Assembly (NCBI GenBank): GCA_965261595.1 | Contig: CBDHDG010000007.1 | Span: 192,001-256,000 of the forward strand | DNA: 64,000 nt | Direction of reading: 5' to 3' | Origin: a bacterium | Lineage (GTDB): Bacteria > UBA8248 > JACPRG01 > G963555815 | Shown: positions 39,376 through 47,273 of the stretch, one piece after another | Position numbering within the stretch: position 1 is the stretch's first letter | Layout of the letters: every line of letters begins with the position of its first letter | The notes under the pieces: model-generated | What the model was told of the DNA's origin: nothing | Database searches by the model: none | Seen by the model: only the letters and a program-made list of their open reading frames with translations | Program-made: the position numbers and the translations under genes

Positions 39376-41808
39376 TCACCGCAGCTGAGCCTGAAACTCC
39401 CTTGAAAGTCGGGACACGATTCGCTCGTGCACCTCGTTGACCTCCTCCCCCGTCAGGGTTCTCTCGGCAGACCGGTAAACCAGGGCGAACGCAACGCTCT
39501 TCCGGCCTTTCGGGACCGGGTCTCCGACATGCACGTCAAACACCACGGCCTCTTGGGCCAAGGGGGCGCCTTCTTCCAGGATTGCACGCTGGATGGAATC
39601 CACCATCACTTCCGCCGGAATCACAACCGCCAAGTCACGGCCGGTCGGTGGAAAACTCGCCAATGAACGGAAGCGGGGCGTGTCCGCCATCGCACGCTGG
39701 AGAGGATTGGACGAAACCTCGAAAATCATCGCCGGTTGCGGGAGATCGAAGGCCCTTTGCGCGTCCGGATGAATCTCTCCCAGCTCGCCCCAGATTTCCT
39801 CCTCATTCGAGGACGCCTGACGGAGCCAGACCGTTGCCGAGCGGCTTGGATGATATGGATATCCGCATCCGGGCTTGAATCGGGCATGTTCTACGCCAAA
39901 AGCGGAGAGCAAGTGTTCCACTACTCCCTTGATATCGTAAAAGTCCCGCTTCCGGCCGCTTTCGGTCCAGACGCTCCGCTCAGAGGCCTGACTCAGGACA
40001 CCCGCGATGTGCAACGATTCGTCCGGAAGGGAATCCGACGGCGAAGATCCCGGACGAAACACATGCCCCACCTCGAACAAACGGATTTCCCCGACACTGT
40101 GGTTCCTGTTGGCCGCCGTGTTTCTCAAAAGAGCGGGCCACAAGCACGAGCGCAACATCGCTCCTTCCCGGCTCAGAGGATTCAATAACGCCAAAGACGG
40201 GCCGCCGTCATAGGAATCCGCCGTCCCGTTGTCCTTCAACGCGGGCACAAAACTCAGATTGATGGCCTCCAGCAAGCCGGCGCCGCACAGGACCGTGCGA
40301 ACCCGATTCAGAAAATCCCATTCGGAGGCGAGACCGAGGCGAGCATTCCCACCCAAAGGAAGGATTGTGGGGAACCGATCATAACCGTAGATACGCGCCA
40401 CTTCCTCGATGATGTCAATCTCCCGGGAGAGGTCCAGGCGGTGATCCGGGATCCGAATGGACATGTTTTCCTTGCTCTCCACCGCGGTCACCTCCATGCC
40501 CAGGGCGAGGAGAATGTCGGACACCTCGCGAATCGGTATATCCATCCCCAGAACCCTCTTAAGCTGGCCGGTTCGAAGGGTCACCATTTTTTTCTCCAGA
40601 AGCGCGCTCTGGGATACGTCGGCCATCCCCCGAGCCACCTCTCCCCCCGTCCCCCGGCGGATGAGCTCAGCCGCCCGGTCCAAGGCCTGCGGAACACCCA
40701 CCGGATTCACCCCTCGTTCAAATCGGAAGGACGCCTCGGTGGCGAGTCCCATCACCCGAGCGGTTCGTCGGACGCTCCGCGGTTGGAACAAAGCGCTCTC
40801 CAGAAGAACGGCGCTCGTGCCGGGACCCACCTCCGAGTCCAAGCCGCCGATCACCCCTCCGATGGCCACCGGACCCGCTCCATCACAGATCATGCAGGCC
40901 CCTTCGGGAGGGGTGCGCCGGGTCTTGTCGAGGGTGGTGAAGGTCGACTCATCTTCAGCGGTCTGCGCGCGAACCACGATTTCGCCCCCCCGGATCTTTT
41001 CCAGGTCGAAGGCGTGCAAAGGCTGGCCTCTTTCCAGCATGACGTAATTGGTCACATCGACCACATTGTTAATGGGCCGAATACCGGCTGTTTGAAGGCG
41101 CCACTGCATCCAGATGGGGGACGGCCCTATTTTTATTTTCTGCACGACCCGGGCGGTGTACCTCGGACACAAGTCGGGACAATCCACAGAGACGTTGACA
41201 AAACCTTTCACGGGACCGCCATGTTCGAGAACCCGCGGTTTCGGCGGGTGAAGAGGGGTTCTCTGATAACAGGCGACCTCGCGCGCGATTCCCAGAACGC
41301 TCAGGCAATCCCCGCGATTCGGCGTCACTTCCACTTCCAAGACGGTGTCCGAAAAACCCACCGCTTCGGAAAGCGGGGCGCCGACCTCGCAATCCGTATC
41401 CAGGACCCAGATGCCGTCGGTCGCGTCGGCAAACCCAAGCTCAGCGGCGGAGCAGATCATCCCCTCGGAGTCTTCCCCGCGAATCCGCACCGCTTCGATG
41501 GTCCTGCCGTCCGGGAGCCGGGCGCCCGGTGGAATCACAGGGACCCGTTGCCCAACGGCGACGTTGGGCGCCCCACAAACGATGCGTCTGTCGCCGCCGC
41601 CGGTTGAGACGCGGCACAAGTTCAGTTTGTCGGCGCCTGGATGCGGCTGAACATCCAGAATCTCCCCTACGAGGACCGGCTCGAACTCTCCGCCCACACG
41701 CTCCACGTTGACCGTTTCGATGCCGTTCATCGTGAGGACGCGAGCCAGCTCCTCCGGGGTCCCCTCATATTCAACGAACTCTTTTAACCAACTGCAAATC
41801 ACACGCAA
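39376..41808 (-). CDS. pheT: Phenylalanyl-tRNA synthetase beta subunit
   Basis: HPGADKL, IVCGAPN, TPNRGD, RFERG and EEVARIYGYD; TTG start at 41808. Confidence 0.98.
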   Translation of the reverse strand: MRVICSWLKEFVEYEGTPEELARVLTMNGIETVNVERVGGEFEPVLVGEILDVQPHPGADKLNLCRVSTGGGDRRIVCGAPNVAVGQRVPVIPPGARLPDGRTIEAVRIRGEDSEGMICSAAELGFADATDGIWVLDTDCEVGAPLSEAVGFSDTVLEVEVTPNRGDCLSVLGIAREVACYQRTPLHPPKPRVLEHGGPVKGFVNVSVDCPDLCPRYTARVVQKIKIGPSPIWMQWRLQTAGIRPINNVVDVTNYVMLERGQPLHAFDLEKIRGGEIVVRAQTAEDESTFTTLDKTRRTPPEGACMICDGAGPVAIGGVIGGLDSEVGPGTSAVLLESALFQPRSVRRTARVMGLATEASFRFERGVNPVGVPQALDRAAELIRRGTGGEVARGMADVSQSALLEKKMVTLRTGQLKRVLGMDIPIREVSDILLALGMEVTAVESKENMSIRIPDHRLDLSREIDIIEEVARIYGYDRFPTILPLGGNARLGLASEWDFLNRVRTVLCGAGLLEAINLSFVPALKDNGTADSYDGGPSLALLNPLSREGAMLRSCLWPALLRNTAANRNHSVGEIRLFEVGHVFRPGSSPSDSLPDESLHIAGVLSQASERSVWTESGRKRDFYDIKGVVEHLLSAFGVEHARFKPGCGYPYHPSRSATVWLRQASSNEEEIWGELGEIHPDAQRAFDLPQPAMIFEVSSNPLQRAMADTPRFRSLASFPPTGRDLAVVIPAEVMVDSIQRAILEEGAPLAQEAVVFDVHVGDPVPKGRKSVAFALVYRSAERTLTGEEVNEVHERIVSRLSREFQAQLR

Positions 41809-41845
41809 GGATTCAACCTTTTCCCGCCAACCCAACCGGATTCAT

Positions 41846-42856
41846 TCAGAACTGGGAAAGAAATCGGACATCGTTTTCAAAGAATAGGCGGATGTCATCG
41901 ATTCCGTATTTGAGCATGGCCACGCGCTCCACGCCGAGGCCGAACGCGAATCCCGTCACCTCCTCGGGGTCGTAGCCGACGAATCCATAAACCGCGGGGT
42001 CCACCATTCCGGCGCCGAGGATCTCCAGCCATCCAGTCCTTCTACAAACCCGGCAGCCCCGCCCTTGGCAGATGACGCACTGGATGTCCACCTCCGCGCT
42101 GGGTTCGGTAAAGGGGAAAAAGCTTGGGCGGAAGCGGACGCCCACATCGGGCCCGAACATCTCGTGCACAAAAATGGACAGCGTGCCGCGCAGATCCGCG
42201 AACGTCACGTCCCGGTCGACCAGGAGCCCTTCCACCTGGTGAAACATGGGGGCATGAGACACGTCCGCGTCACAGCGGTACACCTTGCCGGGAGCGACAA
42301 TCTGGACCGGAGGCTCCTGCTTTTCCATCACCCGGATCTGGACCGGCGAGGTGTGGGTCCGCATGAGCGTTTTTTCCGTGAGATAGAAGGTGTCGTGCAT
42401 GTCCCGGGCCGGATGATCCGGCGGGATGTTGAGGGCCTCGAAATTATAATAATCGAGCTCGACCTCGGGTCCCTCGGCAATCCCAAACCCCAGACCTTGG
42501 AAGATTCTCAGGACCTCTCCCGTCACCTGGGTGACCGGATGTATGCGCCCGGGGGGTTGGCCTCGGCCGGGAAGGGTGACGTCGAAGGAGGGCGCGGCTT
42601 TCCGTAACTCGGCGTGGCGTAGGGCTTCGAGCCGGCGCTCGAAAACGCCCTCGATTTCGGCCTCCACGGCGTGGACCGCCTTCCCGAATGTTGGGCGGTC
42701 CTCGGGGGGGAGCTTCCCCATACGCTTGAGTTGTTGGGTCAGGATGCCCTTGCGGCCCAGATATCGGGTCTTGACGGTTTGCAGATCTTCTTCCGAGTCG
42801 GCGGCTTCAGCCTCTTCGGCCACCAAGCGCGGGAGGTCTTCGAGGTCGTCACTCAT
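41846..42856 (-). CDS. pheS: Phenylalanyl-tRNA synthetase alpha subunit
   Basis: HPARDMHDTFY, RTHTSPVQ, FPFTEPSAE and GFAFGLG. Confidence 0.98.
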   Translation of the reverse strand: MSDDLEDLPRLVAEEAEAADSEEDLQTVKTRYLGRKGILTQQLKRMGKLPPEDRPTFGKAVHAVEAEIEGVFERRLEALRHAELRKAAPSFDVTLPGRGQPPGRIHPVTQVTGEVLRIFQGLGFGIAEGPEVELDYYNFEALNIPPDHPARDMHDTFYLTEKTLMRTHTSPVQIRVMEKQEPPVQIVAPGKVYRCDADVSHAPMFHQVEGLLVDRDVTFADLRGTLSIFVHEMFGPDVGVRFRPSFFPFTEPSAEVDIQCVICQGRGCRVCRRTGWLEILGAGMVDPAVYGFVGYDPEEVTGFAFGLGVERVAMLKYGIDDIRLFFENDVRFLSQF

Positions 42857-43002
42857 CGAGGCCCATTTCAATCGTATTTATATACTTGACACAGACGACC
42901 ACAACATGTAGGTCGCGCCCGCGTCTCGGCTGACCACAAGATGTAGGGGCATGCTTCCATCGATCCGTTTCCAGAAGATGCGCTCTATCAGATCGTTCGG
43001 TT

Positions 43003-43617
43003 TCATTGATCGATAAAATCCACGCGCTGAATATCGCCCTTTTCATTGAAGTGTAAAAACAACTTTTTGTTTATATGCAATGTGTTGTTGGTTTTTCCTT
43101 TTCTTCCGTACTTAAACTCAAATTCAAGACCGCCCTCAAAAACGCCGCTTCTCTTCTGCTCTATAGGTATGTAGTGATCGTCAAACCACCCCATCCCTCC
43201 TGCAGGGATGGTATAGCTATTCTTGGCATATGGCTCTTTTGTCGGGTACAACTTATCAAATGTTGAGACGACATTTACAACCTCAAATGTCACCGGGAAA
43301 AGAGCTTTGTTGTTAAACGTAGCACCAATCCGCAGTGATTTTACTACACCAGCTTTGTCGATTATTCTGTCAGTTCTCACACTATGAAAGTTAAGCATAT
43401 CCGCAACTCTATTACGATACCGCCATTCGCTGAATCGCAACAATCCCATAGAGGAAACTGAAAACAGAATGACCGCTCCAACATATAGGTTGAACAACTG
43501 GATATGTTGCGCAAAACCGATCATGACGCCAGCCGCCGTGACCGCAATGGGCCATATCCAGCTCCGCAGTAATTCACCCGCCAAAAAGAGGGCGACTTTA
43601 CGAAGCCAATTGAGCAT
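43003..43617 (-). CDS. E2b cargo: 204-aa hypothetical protein with two N-terminal TM helices and a beta-rich domain
   Basis: Intact ORF with AT-rich codons and its own promoter. Confidence 0.8.
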   Translation of the reverse strand: MLNWLRKVALFLAGELLRSWIWPIAVTAAGVMIGFAQHIQLFNLYVGAVILFSVSSMGLLRFSEWRYRNRVADMLNFHSVRTDRIIDKAGVVKSLRIGATFNNKALFPVTFEVVNVVSTFDKLYPTKEPYAKNSYTIPAGGMGWFDDHYIPIEQKRSGVFEGGLEFEFKYGRKGKTNNTLHINKKLFLHFNEKGDIQRVDFIDQ

Positions 43618-43626
43618 GATTCAGTC

Positions 43627-43655
43627 ATTGTATGATCCCTCTTCGGTTGAGTCAA
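43627..43655 (-). promoter_or_regulatory. sigma70 promoter of the E2 cargo gene (also at 28504-28532)
   Basis: TTGACT-17 bp-TACAAT ending 9 nt before the ATG, implying a near-leaderless mRNA. Confidence 0.7.
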
Positions 43656-43895
43656 GCGCATAATTGCGAATCCAACTCCACCATGACTTGAGTTGAAGCA
43701 TGCCCCTACATCTTGTGGTCAGCCGAGACGCGGGGACGATCTACATGTTGTGGTCGTCTGCGTCAAGTACATAATTCCGATTTCAATCCCGCAAAGCCCC
43801 TTCCGGGGCGGACAAGACCGCATCCGGCGACCGGGGCGCGACCCCCCCCGTCGGCCGGCGCGCCTTCCTGGCGGAAGGGCTTTGGCTGGTTTCAA

Positions 43896-44249
43896 TTAGG
43901 CGTGCTCTTTGGCGAGGGCCGCCAGTTTGGCAAAAGCCTCGGCGTCATTGACGGCCAAGTCGGCGAGGACCTTACGGTCCAACGTCACCTCCGCTTGGCC
44001 GAGTCCATGAATCAACCGGCTGTATGAAAGCCCGTGTTCGCGTGAAGCCGCGTTGATGCGGGTGATCCATAACCGGCGGAATTCCCGCTTTCGAAGACGG
44101 CGGTGCCGGTATGCGTATGCCAGACCCCGCTCCACCGTTTCACGGGCGATACGGTAGTTATTCTTTCGCCGCCCCCAGTAGCCACTGGCCTGTTTGAGGA
44201 TTTTCTTGTGCCTGCGCCTGCTGGCGGGCGAATGTGTTGCCCTCGGCAT
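43896..44249 (-). CDS. rplT: 50S ribosomal protein L20
   Basis: [15 protein letters not shown] and [10 protein letters not shown]. Confidence 0.98.
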   Translation of the reverse strand: MPRATHSPASRRRHKKILKQASGYWGRRKNNYRIARETVERGLAYAYRHRRLRKREFRRLWITRINAASREHGLSYSRLIHGLGQAEVTLDRKVLADLAVNDAEAFAKLAALAKEHA

Positions 44250-44259
44250 GATTTGGCCC

Positions 44260-44457
44260 CTATTTTTTTCCGAGGAGGATCCGTATCCGTTTAGCGTCGC
44301 CCGGCGCGGCCAAGCTGGATTTCCTCAAGGAACGTTTTCGCTTCCTCGTTTTGTGGGTCAAGAGATGGCTCTTGTGGGCGCTGTCCCGGCGGACCTTGCC
44401 CTTTGCAGTGAGCCGAAAGCGCTTGGCCGCGCCTCGATTCGTCTTCATTTTCGGCAT
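44260..44457 (-). CDS. rpmI: 50S ribosomal protein L35
   Basis: [14 protein letters not shown]. Confidence 0.98.
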   Translation of the reverse strand: MPKMKTNRGAAKRFRLTAKGKVRRDSAHKSHLLTHKTRKRKRSLRKSSLAAPGDAKRIRILLGKK

Positions 44458-44471
44458 CGGAGCGGACTCCC

Positions 44472-45029
44472 TTATTGTGATTGGGTCTTCGTGGAGCTCG
44501 GGATGAGAATCATCGACATGTTCCGCCCTTCCTGAATCGGCTGCTGCTCCACCTTGGCCACGTCTTCGAGTTCATCGATCATTCGCGTCATGAGGCGCAA
44601 CCCCAAATGCCGGTGCGCCATCTCCCGGCCCCGGAACATGACGGTGACTTTGACCTTGTTTCCCTCGCCCAAAAACCGCCGGATGTGGCGCCCCTTGAAT
44701 TGAAAATCGTGTTCCTCCGTTTTCGGGCGCATTTTGACTTCCTTGACGTGAATGACCTTCTGCCGCTTTTTGGCATCATGCGTGCGCTTGCTTTGCTGAT
44801 ATTTAAAGCGGCCGTAATCCATGATCCGGCAAACGGGCGGTTCACTGTTCGGGGCCACTTCCACCAAATCGAGATCCCGGTCCTCCGCAGCGATCAAGGC
44901 ATTCTCGATGGGCAAGATACCGAGCTGTTCACCATCGCTGTCCACCACGCGGACTTCCCTCACACGGATGTCCCGGTTGATGCGCTGAGAAGGCTTGGGT
45001 GTGCTCCTGTCAAAATCCCGTCTTACTAT
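44472..45029 (-). CDS. infC: Translation initiation factor IF-3 (probable ATA start)
   Basis: [19 protein letters not shown] and FRGRE; frame open to an ATA at 45029 with a GAGGGAG RBS. Confidence 0.95.
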   Translation of the reverse strand: MVRRDFDRSTPKPSQRINRDIRVREVRVVDSDGEQLGILPIENALIAAEDRDLDLVEVAPNSEPPVCRIMDYGRFKYQQSKRTHDAKKRQKVIHVKEVKMRPKTEEHDFQFKGRHIRRFLGEGNKVKVTVMFRGREMAHRHLGLRLMTRMIDELEDVAKVEQQPIQEGRNMSMILIPSSTKTQSQ

Positions 45030-45059
45030 AACCCGGTCTCCCTCTTGATGGGGGGCTGT

Positions 45060-46943
45060 CTATGCCGGCGTCCTGGGCGCCATCTCCGGCCGGACCCTAT
45101 CGAGAAACGCGTCGAGACCCATTGTCCCCAGGTCCCCTTCGGTTCGGTCGCGAACCGCAACTTGTTGCGACTCCTCTTCCCGATCTCCAATCACCAACAG
45201 ATACGGCGTTCGCTCAAGTCGTCCTTGTCTGATCTTGTACCCCAACTTTTCATTTCGGTCATCCACCTCGACCCGAAGACCGCTTTCCTTGAGGGAGGCG
45301 GCCACGCGCCGCGCATGGTCATGATTGCGCTCCGTTATGGGTAACACCTTGACCTGGACAGGCGACAGCCACAATGGGAACGCCCCGGCCGTGTGCTCTA
45401 TCAGGGTGCCCACGAACCGCTCCAGCGACCCCAACAGCGCCCGGTGCACCATGTACGGCGTGTGAAAGTCCCCATCGGCTCCCACATACTTTAGATCAAA
45501 CCGCCTCGGAAGGTTGAAGTCAAATTGAATGGTCGAGGCCTGCCACCCCCTGCCCAGTGCGTCCACAATCTTGACATCGATCTTCGGGCCGTAGAACACC
45601 GCCTCTCCTTCGCACCGGCGGTACGGAAGGGACCGCTCATCCAGGGCCTGGACAAGAGACGCCTCGGCGGCCTTCCATTCATCATCGCTTCCCGCATATT
45701 TTTCCGGGTGGGCCGGATCCCGAACGCTCAACTCGATCTCGAACCGCTCAAAACCGAACGTCGCGAGCATGAACACCGTCATGTCCAGAACGCCCAGAAT
45801 TTCCCCGGGAAGCTGCTCGGGCGTACAGAAAATATGGGCGTCATCCTGCGTGAAGCCGCGGACGCGAAGCATTCCGTGCAATACACCCGATCGCTCATTC
45901 CGGTAGACGGTTCCCAATTCCGCATATCGAATCGGCAGATCCCGGTAGCTCCTCCGCTCGTTTTCGTAGATCAAAATATGCCCCGGACAGTTCATAGGCT
46001 TCGCGACATATTCTTCACCGTCCACCTCGAGGGTGAACATGTTTTCTTTGTAGAAATCGTAGTGACCCGAAGTCCGGAACAGACGCGAATGCACCAAATG
46101 GGGGATGACCACCAACTCGTAGCCGCGTCTCTGATGCTCGTCCTCCCAGAACCGCTCGATCACCTTCCGGAGGACGGTGCCGTGCGGAAGCCAGTAAACC
46201 AAGCCGCTTCCCGCCTGTTCGTGAATCATGAACAGGCCGAGCTCCTTTCCGAGAACGCGGTGATCACGGCGGCGGGCTTCCTCGAGGAGCGCAAGATGCT
46301 CGTCCAAGGCCTCCTGAGTCGGGAAGGAGGTGCCATAGATGCGCTGGAGCATCTTGTTTCGCTCATCCCCGCGCCAATACGCCCCGGCCACCGAAAGCAG
46401 CTTGACAGCCTCGATGAAGCCCGTTGAAGGGACATGCGGCCCCCGACAGAGATCGAGCCATTCGCCCTGGCGGTAAATGGACACCGTCTCGTCGGTGATT
46501 CCATCGAGCAGTTCCAGCTTGTAAGGCTCATCCCTTTCCTGGAACAGCTTCCGGGCCTCCTCCTTCGAGACGGGCTCACGGACAAACGGGCGGTCTTCCG
46601 CCCGGATTTCCCGCATACGCGTCTCGATACGCTCCAGATCGTCCGGCGTGAAGCGCTCGTCCCGGTCAAAGTCGTAGTAAAAACCGTTCTCGATCGGCGG
46701 ACCGATGGTGACCTTCGTGCCGGGAAACAGGTCCTGAACCGCTTCGGCCATGATGTGGGCGGTGCTGTGATGATAGACTTGGCGGCCCTCGGGGTCATCG
46801 AAGGTGATTTCGCGGGCCTCCGCTTTGTCGTCCTTGGCCGCCAGGTCGACCAATTGGTCGCCCACCTTCCAGACCAGGGGACCGGAGGAGGTCATTTTAC
46901 GCGTCGCTGCGCGGGTGTCGGTCGGAACCTCTGGCGCGGTCAT
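45060..46943 (-). CDS. thrS: Threonyl-tRNA synthetase
   Basis: HSTAH, DLCRGPH, RDHR, KPMNCPGH, RVRGFTQDDAH and FYGPKID. Confidence 0.98.
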   Translation of the reverse strand: MTAPEVPTDTRAATRKMTSSGPLVWKVGDQLVDLAAKDDKAEAREITFDDPEGRQVYHHSTAHIMAEAVQDLFPGTKVTIGPPIENGFYYDFDRDERFTPDDLERIETRMREIRAEDRPFVREPVSKEEARKLFQERDEPYKLELLDGITDETVSIYRQGEWLDLCRGPHVPSTGFIEAVKLLSVAGAYWRGDERNKMLQRIYGTSFPTQEALDEHLALLEEARRRDHRVLGKELGLFMIHEQAGSGLVYWLPHGTVLRKVIERFWEDEHQRRGYELVVIPHLVHSRLFRTSGHYDFYKENMFTLEVDGEEYVAKPMNCPGHILIYENERRSYRDLPIRYAELGTVYRNERSGVLHGMLRVRGFTQDDAHIFCTPEQLPGEILGVLDMTVFMLATFGFERFEIELSVRDPAHPEKYAGSDDEWKAAEASLVQALDERSLPYRRCEGEAVFYGPKIDVKIVDALGRGWQASTIQFDFNLPRRFDLKYVGADGDFHTPYMVHRALLGSLERFVGTLIEHTAGAFPLWLSPVQVKVLPITERNHDHARRVAASLKESGLRVEVDDRNEKLGYKIRQGRLERTPYLLVIGDREEESQQVAVRDRTEGDLGTMGLDAFLDRVRPEMAPRTPA

Positions 46944-47102
46944 TGCCACTCCCTGGCGCAAGGACGAAAAAAGGCACCCGGGAAGCCACGCCGGGTTCCC
47001 ACGGTGCCTTCAAACAACACGATTTTCCCCACAATCGGAAAAATATTTCTCTTTCGATGAATTTTGCGATGTCACCTGGTCTTGTGATGATCCCTCAGAC
47101 GA

Positions 47103-47177
47103 TGGTAGGCACGGGCGGTTTCGAACCGCCGACCTCTTGCGTGTCAAGCAAGCACTCTACCCCTGAGCTACGTGCCT
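47103..47177 (-). tRNA. tRNA-Val(GAC)
   Basis: Cloverleaf; anticodon arm CTTGC-TTGACAC-GCAAG; encoded CCA. Confidence 0.95.
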
Positions 47178-47273
47178 AAGTCGCCAAAAATCACGGTTGT
47201 ATAGATTCTTGAACCGGAGGGGTCCGTTGTCAAGAGAAATTGTCCGCTCTCTTGGTGAACGCGCCCCTCAGAC

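Larger units (their letters stand above)
42873..43779. mobile_element. Element E2 copy b (907 bp) inserted between rplT and pheS
   Basis: Same 85-bp TIRs as copy a; 8-bp DR ATTTCAAT at 42865-42872 and 43780-43787. Confidence 0.92.

Noticed and set aside
43003..43617. CBASS Cap15 (2TM-beta) effector
   Set aside because: Similar size and topology only; no recognisable Cap15 motif and no CD-NTase nearby
46944..47102. T-box leader upstream of thrS
   Set aside because: No AAnnnGGGTGGnACC T-box consensus is visible
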